Origin: a bacterium
Lineage (GTDB): Bacteria; DUMJ01
Direction: 5' to 3'
Length of the DNA: 20,687 nt
Assembly (NCBI GenBank): GCA_049970495.1
Contig: JBMFMV010000031.1
Location: 1 to 20,687 of the forward strand
Position numbers and translations under genes: made by a program. The notes under the pieces were generated by a model. That model did not search any database, had not been told where the DNA came from, and worked only from the letters and a program-made list of their open reading frames with translations. Below are positions 1-7,665 of this stretch, in pieces; the first letter of the stretch is position 1; every line of letters starts with the position of its first letter.

Positions 1-296
1 GCCTTCTAGCTGAGGGTACTATAGGGCAATCCTCATATGGTGAAATGGTAGCATTCCTACAAGAAGATTCAAAGGGTTATGACGCATCTCAGATAAGGGA
101 AATGGGAGATGGGATGAAAATAGAAGCCCCATTTGTAAACATCTATCAAGCAGAAATAGAGGCGTTTTCTTCTGCTATAGAGGAAGATAAAGAGCCCCAT
201 GTATCTGGAGAGATAGGTTTATGGAACTTAAAAGTTATAGAGGCTTGCTATGAGTCGAGTAGGAGTAAATTACATATTGCTTTGAGAAAGGAGTGA
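1..296 (+). CDS. Gfo/Idh/MocA family oxidoreductase, C-terminal part (5' end outside the window)
   Basis: The frame is open from base 3 (LLAEGTIGQSSYGEM...). The C-terminus 'YQAEIEAFSSAIEEDKEPHVSGEIGLWNLKVIEACYESS' is typical of Gfo/Idh/MocA proteins. Confidence 0.75.
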   Translation, partial: LLAEGTIGQSSYGEMVAFLQEDSKGYDASQIREMGDGMKIEAPFVNIYQAEIEAFSSAIEEDKEPHVSGEIGLWNLKVIEACYESSRSKLHIALRKE

Positions 297-301
297 AAAG
301 A

Positions 302-1579
302 ATGGCTAATGAAAAACTAGCTATAGAAGGTGGAGAACCAGTCATCAAAGAGAAACTCCCAACATGGCCCTGGTTTGACGAAGAAACAATTAATGCGGTT
401 GAAGAGGTATTAAAAAGTGGTAAGGTTAATTACTGGACTGGCCCAAAGGGAATGGAGTTTGAAGAAAAATTTGCCAAGTGGTGCGGAGCAAAATATGCTG
501 TCTCTACATCAAGTGGGACAAGCGCTCTCCATACTGCTCTTGGGGCATTAAACATTGGTCCTGGAGATGAAGTAATAACAGTCCCTTATACATTTATCGC
601 TTCTTCCTTCTGTATAGTCCAGGCAGGGGCAATACCTGTGTTTGCTGATGTAAACAAAGAAGACCATTGCATAGACCCTGACGATATCGAAAGGAAGATT
701 ACAGAACGCACCAGGGCTATAATACCAGTCCATCTTTATGGAATAGTATGTAATATGGATAGGATTATGGCGATAGCCAAAAAGTATAATCTTTTTGTAA
801 TAGAAGATGCAGCGGAGGCTCATGGAGCAGAGTATAAGGGAAAGAAGGTAGGGACTATTGGAGATGTAGGATGTTTTAGTTTCTGCCAGAACAAGACTTT
901 TACTACTGGTGGAGAGGGTGGTATGGTAGTAACAGACAATGAAGAAATAGCCTGGGAGGCTCGTTCATTTAGGGACCACGGCTATGACGTCAGAAAAAGG
1001 ATGAGCCTACTAGAGATGGAACAGGCTCTACCATACATACATAGAAGAGTTGGATTTAACTATAGGATGACAGAGATGCAGTCAGTTATAGGGATAAAGG
1101 CATTAGAGAAGATTGATACATGGAATTTACCTAGAAGAAGGAGAAATGCCCAGATCTTAACAGAGATGCTAAAAGATTCTCCTCAGATACTGACACTGCC
1201 ATTAGATACACCTGAGAGAAGAAACGGTTATTATGTATATCCTATAGTATTGAATCTCGATGCGTTAAGGTGTGACAAAAAGACTTTTTTAGATGCAGTG
1301 ATAGCAGAAGGGGTATATGCATGGAAAGAGTTCTGGCCACAATCCTATAAGGAAGAGGCATATATAAAACACAATGGTTTTGGTAGATTTAAATTCCCAT
1401 TTAGAAGTAAAGAATATACAGACCCGCAATCTGTCCAGTATGATAAGGTATTCTGTCCTAATTGTGCCTGGTTAGAAGAAAGGACATTCGTTGTTCATAT
1501 ATGGCCCACATTACAGGATGAACATACGCACCTTATTGGTGAAGCAATATTAAAGGTAGCAAAAGCCTATGCAAAATAG
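302..1579 (+). CDS. DegT/DnrJ/EryC1/StrS family PLP-dependent aminotransferase
   Basis: Motifs SSGTSALH, GPGDEVI, PVHLYG, VIEDAAEAHG, FSFCQNK (PLP lysine), GEGG and GFNYRM. ATG at 302 follows AAGGAG and is preferred over GTG at 293. Confidence 0.93.
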   Translation: MANEKLAIEGGEPVIKEKLPTWPWFDEETINAVEEVLKSGKVNYWTGPKGMEFEEKFAKWCGAKYAVSTSSGTSALHTALGALNIGPGDEVITVPYTFIASSFCIVQAGAIPVFADVNKEDHCIDPDDIERKITERTRAIIPVHLYGIVCNMDRIMAIAKKYNLFVIEDAAEAHGAEYKGKKVGTIGDVGCFSFCQNKTFTTGGEGGMVVTDNEEIAWEARSFRDHGYDVRKRMSLLEMEQALPYIHRRVGFNYRMTEMQSVIGIKALEKIDTWNLPRRRRNAQILTEMLKDSPQILTLPLDTPERRNGYYVYPIVLNLDALRCDKKTFLDAVIAEGVYAWKEFWPQSYKEEAYIKHNGFGRFKFPFRSKEYTDPQSVQYDKVFCPNCAWLEERTFVVHIWPTLQDEHTHLIGEAILKVAKAYAK

Positions 1580-2918
1580 GATTTTAGTAGGAGCATACGA
1601 GGTAGATATAACACCTCCACTTGGGATAGACCTAGCTGGATATTTTAACATAAGAAAGGCTGATAAAATCTTAGATAATCTTTATGCAAAAACAGTTGTT
1701 TTAAAGACTGAGACAAACGAGGTAGCAATAAGCTCCTGCGATCTCTGTGTGATACCAAGAGAGCTAGTTTTAAAGATACGAGAATTGGCTTCAATATGGA
1801 GTAATATTCCTAAGGATAACATTATGATATCAGCTACCCATACTCATACAGGTCCGGTCACCACGGGTCTTCTAGCAGGAGAGATAGACCAAACTTATAT
1901 AGATGTTATGGCAAGAAGAGTGGCCACTAGCATCTCTATGGCAAAGAAAAATCTCAAAGAGGCTATTGTAAAAGTAGGAAAAGGAAAAGAAGATTCTATA
2001 GTCTTCAACCGTAGGTACCTTATGAAGGATGGTTCAGTCATAACAAATCCTGGAAAATTAAACCCCGATATAGTAAAACCCGCAGGACCTATAGACCCAG
2101 AGGTGCTAGTAATTCTTATAGAGAGTAAAATTGGAGAACCAATGGCTCTAATTGTAAACTATTCTAATCATGTAGATACTATTGGTGGTACAGTGGTATC
2201 TGCTGATTATCCAGGCATAATGTGTAAAATTCTAAAGAGATTCCTTGGAGATATCCCTGTTCTTTTTCTTAATGGGGCAGAAGGAGATATAAATCATATA
2301 GATGTAGGTAATCCAAGTCCTCAAGGAGGATATAAAGAGGCCGAGAGGATAGGTAAGATTCTTGCCGGGGAAGTAATAAAGACCATTAGCGGGATGAAGA
2401 CTTTAGATATAGATCTTAAGATAAAAAGTTCCCTTTTAAAGATTCCAATAAGAAAGCCATCACAGGAAGAAATAGAAAGGGCAAAAGAGCTTCTAAGTGA
2501 AACTATAGAGGGTGAATCGTCTAAGGAGCTTACTGCCTTTGATCTAGCAAAGGGAAGTATAGAGATAGAGAAAGTCTATGCAGAGGAAATCCTACTAATC
2601 TCTCAGCTTGAGGAAAATTTTGAAGAGTTAGAGATTCAGGGTATATCCTTAGGTAACCTATGTCTACTCGGTATCCCAGGAGAGCCATTTACAGAGATAG
2701 GATTAGAGATAAAACAGAAAAGCCCTTTCCCGTATACTGGCATAGTATCTCTTTCTAACGGGTATTCTGGTTACATACCAACTGAGAAGGCATTCGATGA
2801 AGGTGGCTATGAAACTAGACTTGCTAGAAGTAGTAAACTGGATAAGAAAGTAGGTAAGATAATTATAGAAGAAGGGGTAAGATTGATACAAAACCTAAAT
2901 CTATTTTTAAGTGTATAG
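1569..2918 (+). CDS. Neutral/alkaline ceramidase-like metal-dependent hydrolase (substrate unknown)
   Basis: DITPP, ISATHTHTGP, NYSNH, SADYPG, NGAEGDINH, IPGEPF and NGYSGYIP...GGYE are motifs of the ceramidase N-terminal-domain family. Overlaps the upstream stop codon. Confidence 0.75.
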   Translation: MQNRILVGAYEVDITPPLGIDLAGYFNIRKADKILDNLYAKTVVLKTETNEVAISSCDLCVIPRELVLKIRELASIWSNIPKDNIMISATHTHTGPVTTGLLAGEIDQTYIDVMARRVATSISMAKKNLKEAIVKVGKGKEDSIVFNRRYLMKDGSVITNPGKLNPDIVKPAGPIDPEVLVILIESKIGEPMALIVNYSNHVDTIGGTVVSADYPGIMCKILKRFLGDIPVLFLNGAEGDINHIDVGNPSPQGGYKEAERIGKILAGEVIKTISGMKTLDIDLKIKSSLLKIPIRKPSQEEIERAKELLSETIEGESSKELTAFDLAKGSIEIEKVYAEEILLISQLEENFEELEIQGISLGNLCLLGIPGEPFTEIGLEIKQKSPFPYTGIVSLSNGYSGYIPTEKAFDEGGYETRLARSSKLDKKVGKIIIEEGVRLIQNLNLFLSV

Positions 2919-2946
2919 TTGTTTTTATCTAATAAAGTTGTATAAT
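2919..2946 (+). promoter_or_regulatory. Putative sigma70 promoter for the ferredoxin gene
   Basis: TTGTTT (2919-2924), 16 bp, TATAAT (2941-2946). Confidence 0.45.
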
Positions 2947-2987
2947 ATTCTTGTTTTAGACCTACTTGAGACTTGGAGGTGATTTTA

Positions 2988-3230
2988 TTGGCATTTAAGA
3001 TTACCACTGACTGCATCGAGTGTGGGGCTTGTGTAACAGTATGCCCTAATGAGGCTATTACGGAAGGGTCCCCATATGTCATTGATCCTGATAAATGCAC
3101 TGAGTGTGTACCCGTATATGAGACTCAGCAATGTGCACAAGTTTGTGCTGTAGGAGCACCTCAGCCTGATCCTGACCATGTAGAGACTAGAGAGCAACTC
3201 GAGGCTAAGTATAGGAGGTTACATCCGTAG
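2988..3230 (+). CDS. YfhL/Alvin-type 2[4Fe-4S] ferredoxin
   Basis: CxxCxxCxxxCP followed by CxxC-x8-CxxxC and a C-terminal helix (ETREQLEAKYRRLH). TTG start at 2988 lies after GGAGGTG. Confidence 0.92.
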   Translation: MAFKITTDCIECGACVTVCPNEAITEGSPYVIDPDKCTECVPVYETQQCAQVCAVGAPQPDPDHVETREQLEAKYRRLHP

Positions 3231-3237
3231 AGATTTT

Positions 3238-3272
3238 TAGGAGGGACTTATTGTCCCTCCTATCTTATTTTT
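3238..3272 (+). terminator. Intrinsic terminator between the convergent ferredoxin and rseB-like genes
   Basis: Perfect 10-bp stem TAGGAGGGAC (3238-3247) / GTCCCTCCTA (3253-3262), 5-nt loop, then TCTTATTTTTT. Confidence 0.8.
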
Positions 3273-4173
3273 TCATACTGTTTGCTATTTCTAACAGCAT
3301 ATCTTCTGGGATATCTCCTACAACAATAAAATGTATCCCTAAGTTTTCCCACTCAATATATCTTTTCTTCTCTGGAGGGATATCCTGCCTTGCCCACCAA
3401 GGAATCTTTATCTGGTATATAGATATGAACCCTATACCATCTGTAAATACTAATTGGGCGGCTCCATCCTGAGGTATATCTGCCCCTATAAACTCGTAGC
3501 CTACTGGCAATGTAGAAGGCATAACTAGGTCTATACCAAGCTGTCTACTTACCTCTTTAAGAGAAAGTAATTTGTCCCTAGCTGGAATCTTTATTCCTCT
3601 TTCAAAGAGAGACTCTAAAGTTTTCTTCTTATCTAGATTTGGATTGATCTGCAAATTTTCTATTTCTCTTGCTCTTATAAGGTTACCGTTTTGGTCCCTA
3701 TCTTCTAGTTTCATCATAATCTTTGGGGATATACCTATCCAGACTATTCTTTTTATCCCGCTATTATATCTCGGATTAAAGATTATTTTCATCGTCTTTG
3801 TATTATTTATATTCTCATACCCATCAAATACAACATAATAGTTTTTCTTTATCAGAGCTGTATCCTTCGAAAATCTATAAGCCCACAGGAGAGCTCCAAC
3901 ATTCACTGGCTCTTCAGTGACTATAGAATAAGTATCTCCTCTTCTTATAATGTAGATCTTGGATAATTTCCCCTTTACACCAAGACTTGTATATTCTCCA
4001 ATCTTTAATATCTCTACCTTATCAGTAGAATTTCCTACTGTGACTTTCACCACTGCAAAATAATCTACTTTAGGATCTATACTATTTACATACTCATTTA
4101 TAAGGCTTCCTGAAGTTACTTCTAATACACCTATAGTAGATATCAACAAAAATAAAAGTATTAATTTTCTCAT
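3265..4173 (-). CDS. Secreted RseB/MucB (LolA-fold)-like anti-sigma accessory protein
   Basis: N-terminal signal peptide; 'IFNPRYNSGIKRIVWI...MKLEDRDQNG' resembles RseB/LolA; C-terminal 'PSTLPVGYEF...LVFTDGIGFISIYQ...VVGDIPEDMLLEIANSM' matches the RseB C-domain. Third gene of a sigma/anti-sigma operon. Confidence 0.72.
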   Translation of the reverse strand: MRKLILLFLLISTIGVLEVTSGSLINEYVNSIDPKVDYFAVVKVTVGNSTDKVEILKIGEYTSLGVKGKLSKIYIIRRGDTYSIVTEEPVNVGALLWAYRFSKDTALIKKNYYVVFDGYENINNTKTMKIIFNPRYNSGIKRIVWIGISPKIMMKLEDRDQNGNLIRAREIENLQINPNLDKKKTLESLFERGIKIPARDKLLSLKEVSRQLGIDLVMPSTLPVGYEFIGADIPQDGAAQLVFTDGIGFISIYQIKIPWWARQDIPPEKKRYIEWENLGIHFIVVGDIPEDMLLEIANSMKK

Positions 4174-4580
4174 TTATTTGATATAAATATAACTCCCATA
4201 TCTCCTGAAGAAATAATGTTATGTTGGCTTATAAGTAATTGTTTTTCTCTGTTAAAATTTTCTCTATACATATCTCTTAATATTCCTAGAGAAATTCCAA
4301 ATATTAAAGAGATCGCCAAACCAATAGTGGCAAGTTTCAGCTTAAAGCTGTAACGTTTTGTAGGTGTAGGATTTATCTTTTCTAAAACCTCTACTGCAAA
4401 AGTTTGTGTATCAAACTCCTTATAGGCCTCCCTTACACCTTGATCTATTAAGAGCAATACTTCAAGTCTTTCCTTACATGAAGGGCATACATCTATATGT
4501 TCTTTTATTTCTTTTACCTTCCAATCTGGCAGTTCTCTATCTATAAAAGAGGAAAGTTCCTCAAAACTAGGATGATTCAT
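4170..4580 (-). CDS. Zinc-binding (zf-HC2/ZAS) transmembrane anti-sigma factor
   Basis: LSSFIDREL...HIDVCPSC (HxxxCxxC) and one TM helix. Has its own GGAGG RBS and overlaps the sigma gene end. Confidence 0.88.
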   Translation of the reverse strand: MNHPSFEELSSFIDRELPDWKVKEIKEHIDVCPSCKERLEVLLLIDQGVREAYKEFDTQTFAVEVLEKINPTPTKRYSFKLKLATIGLAISLIFGISLGILRDMYRENFNREKQLLISQHNIISSGDMGVIFISNK

Positions 4581-5166
4581 CCTTTACCTCCAAATAATAT
4601 TTTAACCTATCTCTCATCAATTTTCTTGCCATATTTATCCTTGATTTAACTGTCCCTATATTAATATTCAATGTCTCCGCTATCTCCTCATATGTCAGAT
4701 TCTCTACAACTCTTAGCCAGAGCGTAGTCCTATAATGTTCCGGTAGTGATCCCAAAGCCTTCTCTATAACCTCCTTCAATTCTATCCTATCAAAGGTATC
4801 CTCTGGCGAGTATGTCTCATCAGGCACATCTATACTGGGTTCATCATCCTCTACATCATCCAGAGAGGTTTCCTTACTCTTCCCTCTCTTTCTAAGCTCC
4901 TCATAACAGGCATTAATGGTAATCCTTCTTATCCAAGGATATAAGCTCCTAGCACTATCAAAACTTTCTATATTTCTCCATATAGAAATAAATACCTCCT
5001 GTGCCACATCCCACCCTTCATCTCTAGAGCCCATTATCTGAGTAGCAAGATTTATTATTCGGTTCGAATATCTGTTTACTATCTCCTCAAATGCCTTCTC
5101 ATCACCTTTTTGAGCAAGTTTAATAAGGTCTATATCATCCTGGTCTTTATACTTTTTTTGTTTCAT
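4567..5166 (-). CDS. ECF RNA polymerase sigma factor (RpoE/SigW-like)
   Basis: Region 2 (GDEKAFEEIV...DVAQEVFISIW...WIRRITIN) and region 4 (LPEHYR...LTYEEIAETLNINIGTVKSRINMAR). Confidence 0.95.
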   Translation of the reverse strand: MKQKKYKDQDDIDLIKLAQKGDEKAFEEIVNRYSNRIINLATQIMGSRDEGWDVAQEVFISIWRNIESFDSARSLYPWIRRITINACYEELRKRGKSKETSLDDVEDDEPSIDVPDETYSPEDTFDRIELKEVIEKALGSLPEHYRTTLWLRVVENLTYEEIAETLNINIGTVKSRINMARKLMRDRLKYYLEVKDESS

Positions 5167-5212
5167 ACATCCTTTCCCTAGAAGATATTATACCAAGAAA
5201 GGATGTATGAAA
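5161..5212. repeat. Perfect 16-bp inverted repeat covering the RBS and start codon of the ECF sigma gene
   Basis: TTTCATACATCCTTTC (5161-5176) is the exact reverse complement of GAAAGGATGTATGAAA (5197-5212); the spacer is 20 nt. Confidence 0.95.
5187..5195 (-). promoter_or_regulatory. Extended -10 (TGnTATAAT) promoter inside the hairpin loop upstream of the sigma gene
   Basis: Minus strand reads TGGTATAAT at 5195-5187, 20 nt upstream of the ATG. No convincing -35. Confidence 0.6.
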
Positions 5213-5242
5213 GCTAATCTTTTCTTTTTTCTAGTGATTACA

Positions 5243-5269
5243 TATACGTAAACACTATAGAATAAGTTC
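5243..5269 (-). promoter_or_regulatory. Putative ECF-sigma-dependent (autoregulatory) promoter
   Basis: Minus strand GAAC(TT) at 5269-5264 and CGTATA at 5248-5243. The AAC-N17-CGT spacing matches the general ECF consensus. Confidence 0.55.
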
Positions 5270-5291
5270 GATATTTGATTCCCCATAATTT

Positions 5292-6383
5292 CTATAGGAA
5301 CCTAAAAGGAATAGATCTTACAAGTTTTTTAAGAATCTGAGAATAAGATGTCTTTTCGTTTAGCAAATTAGAAAGTATAGTTCCCATATCAAATCTATCC
5401 ATTAAGTTAAAGATCTTATCCTGGAACTTATAAAATATTCCACTAATTATCCATGCAAAGAATAGTTCTTGAGCCATAGCCTTATAAAGCCTTTCAGTAT
5501 AGATGTATAGAGGTTTATCTCTCCTTATACATTCTACTATAGTTTCCTCTGCTATTCTAGCGCTCTTTATTCCATTTCTTATCCCTTCTCCACTAAATGG
5601 ATCTGCTATGTGTGCAGAATCTCCAACTAAGATTATCCTCTCTGTAGCAAGCTTCCTTTTACCCCTGTAAAAAGAGATTGGATGAGCAAGAAGTGGAACA
5701 TTTCTATGGTCAAAGTCTCTTAGAATTAGGGATAATGCTTTAGGCATTTCCCTTGGAGGGAATGCATAGGCTCCAAGCCCCACAGACACAGTGCCGCTTT
5801 TAGGGAATATCCATCCATAGCCCATAGGTACTAAGCCCATAAAGAGGGAGATGGTAGGTTCAGGATTTTTATACGGAATATCTTTCTGTATGGCTAAAGG
5901 TACGCGATACCTAAAATTACTCCCTATAAATCTTGCAACTTTGGAGCCTACCCCATCTGCCCCTATAAGATATCTAGTTTTAAATACATGTCCAAGATTT
6001 GTCTTCACAGTTAAGTAACTATCCTCTTCTATCCCTATTACATCCTCCTCTTCTATAAGACTAGCACCACTCTGACATGCCAATTGGGTTAATTTATAAT
6101 CGAACTGATCTCTATAGAGGGTAAATATACTATTACTCGGTATTCTATATTCCTTCTTCCTATCCTTGTAGACTACTCTAAGCTTCTCTATATTAAATGC
6201 ATCAAAATACACAGGAGGGACATCCAAAAGCTCAAACGTATATCTAGGTGTCCCTCCTGCACAGACTTTATACCTAGGAAGTCTTTTCTTTTCTATAATT
6301 AATACATACAATCCCTTTCTAGCAAGGAATAGCGCAGAACTAGATCCACTAGGACCAGCTCCAACAACTATTACATCATGCAC
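5292..6383 (-). CDS. Geranylgeranyl reductase family FAD-dependent oxidoreductase
   Basis: VVGAGPSG, EKKRLPRYKVCAGG, RDQFD, IGADGVGS, GYGWIFPK and LVGDSAHIADPFSGEGI. Confidence 0.88.
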   Translation of the reverse strand: MHDVIVVGAGPSGSSSALFLARKGLYVLIIEKKRLPRYKVCAGGTPRYTFELLDVPPVYFDAFNIEKLRVVYKDRKKEYRIPSNSIFTLYRDQFDYKLTQLACQSGASLIEEEDVIGIEEDSYLTVKTNLGHVFKTRYLIGADGVGSKVARFIGSNFRYRVPLAIQKDIPYKNPEPTISLFMGLVPMGYGWIFPKSGTVSVGLGAYAFPPREMPKALSLILRDFDHRNVPLLAHPISFYRGKRKLATERIILVGDSAHIADPFSGEGIRNGIKSARIAEETIVECIRRDKPLYIYTERLYKAMAQELFFAWIISGIFYKFQDKIFNLMDRFDMGTILSNLLNEKTSYSQILKKLVRSIPFRFL

Positions 6384-6386
6384 AAA

Positions 6387-6773
6387 CTACTTCCACCCTC
6401 TTATCAAGAAGTATAAGCCAGCAATTAGAACTACTACCCCTATAAACACCCCTGGACTTACCATATGTATCCAAGGGATTCCAGCAGACCATATAATTGC
6501 AACTATTCCTATTATGATAAGAATTATCCCAAGTGTTACAGGACTATGGGCCTCTACATAAGGACTTGAGCTTACCTCTCCAGTCTCTTCCGGCCTCTCT
6601 GGGATAATGATAACTGCTAGTATATACAGGATTATCCCTAAACCATTAGCTAGCACTAGTAGTGCCATTATAAGTCTTACTATAGCAGGGTCTATATTTA
6701 AATACTCAGCTATACCGCCACATACTCCAGCAATCATTCGATTCTTCCTAGATCTATAAATTCTTCTCTCCAT
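6387..6773 (-). CDS. PspC domain membrane protein
   Basis: IYRSRKNRMIAGVCGGIAEYLNIDPAIVRL...YILAVIIIP, plus two extra C-terminal TM helices. GGAGG RBS. Confidence 0.92.
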   Translation of the reverse strand: MERRIYRSRKNRMIAGVCGGIAEYLNIDPAIVRLIMALLVLANGLGIILYILAVIIIPERPEETGEVSSSPYVEAHSPVTLGIILIIIGIVAIIWSAGIPWIHMVSPGVFIGVVVLIAGLYFLIRGWK

Positions 6774-7605
6774 TTTCCTCCTCCATTCTACTAGAATTTT
6801 CTATATAATCTATCGCACCTCTAATCTTATACAGTATCTGCTTCCCCTCATTGTAAGCATTATTTGCCATAGTTATTGACCGCGCAATATTATTTTCTAA
6901 TAATGTCTCTAACTTATTTATAGAAGTCTTTATCTCACTTAAATAGAAATTTACCTTCTCTGTATCTATACTACGGGCATAACTTTTGTGAAGACTATAA
7001 AGGGAAAGTATATAAGGGATTGCCATACTATACGGCATAATGAGAACCCTATTCTCTCTATAAGCCTTTATATGAGCCTGTTTACACTGTGCAAATACAC
7101 TATCAGGGACAGCTGCTATAGCCATAGGGATGGTAGATGCAGGGTCTATATACTGAGAGACCTCCTTAGCTTTTTGGGCTACAGCCTTTTCTACATCAAA
7201 AGACTCCTCTTCTAAACCTATCCACTTTGAATCTATGGGAAGTCTTCTCCCATCACTTAATACTATTGCATACTCAACGGGCTTTCCATTTACTTTAAAA
7301 TTTACATCTATCATCTCAGGGGGAAACTGTTTTAATGACTCACAGAGTATATTTTCTCCCATCTCTCCCTTAGACTTACTTCCTAGAAGGGCAGATTCCA
7401 ATCTCTTTGTAATCCTTTGGATCTCTTCATCTATAAGTTTCTGTGTTTCTAACTTAGCGTAAGTTTCTTGGAGTGTCCTTAAGATATTTTCTGTTTGAAC
7501 CTTTATAACTCCAATATCTTCCTTTGAAAAGCCTCTTTCTTTTCTAGTAACATAGAATAGTATAGCCATCAATAAAACTATCAGGAATAGAAAAATCTCT
7601 AACAT
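6754..7605 (-). CDS. rmuC: RmuC family DNA recombination protein
   Basis: N-terminal TM anchor, coiled coil, KGEMGE, and a restriction-endonuclease-like LPIDSK motif followed by YIDP..TIPMAIAAVP. Confidence 0.8.
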   Translation of the reverse strand: MLEIFLFLIVLLMAILFYVTRKERGFSKEDIGVIKVQTENILRTLQETYAKLETQKLIDEEIQRITKRLESALLGSKSKGEMGENILCESLKQFPPEMIDVNFKVNGKPVEYAIVLSDGRRLPIDSKWIGLEEESFDVEKAVAQKAKEVSQYIDPASTIPMAIAAVPDSVFAQCKQAHIKAYRENRVLIMPYSMAIPYILSLYSLHKSYARSIDTEKVNFYLSEIKTSINKLETLLENNIARSITMANNAYNEGKQILYKIRGAIDYIENSSRMEEENGEKNL

Positions 7606-7629
7606 TATCCCCTCCTCAACGTTAATTCT

Positions 7630-7658
7630 ATTCTACACCATCAAGGAATTATGGTCAA
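7630..7658 (-). promoter_or_regulatory. Sigma70 promoter for rmuC-pspC-ggr
   Basis: Minus strand TTGACC (7658-7653), 17 bp, TAGAAT (7635-7630), followed by a GAGGAGG RBS. Confidence 0.7.
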
Positions 7659-7665
7659 TTCTATA

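Noticed and set aside
5161..5212. The 16-bp inverted repeat as an intrinsic terminator or mobile-element end
   Set aside because: The loop is 20 nt, the sense (minus) strand is followed by an A-tract rather than a U-tract, one arm overlaps the start codon, and there is no transposase or target duplication.
6754..7605. RmuC nuclease-fold gene as part of an anti-phage defence system
   Set aside because: RmuC is widespread, and no methyltransferase, ATPase or other defence gene is adjacent.
7613..7626. TTAACGTT core near the rmuC promoter as a third LacI operator
   Set aside because: The outer TG...CA bases are absent, and the genes are functionally unrelated to the LacI locus.
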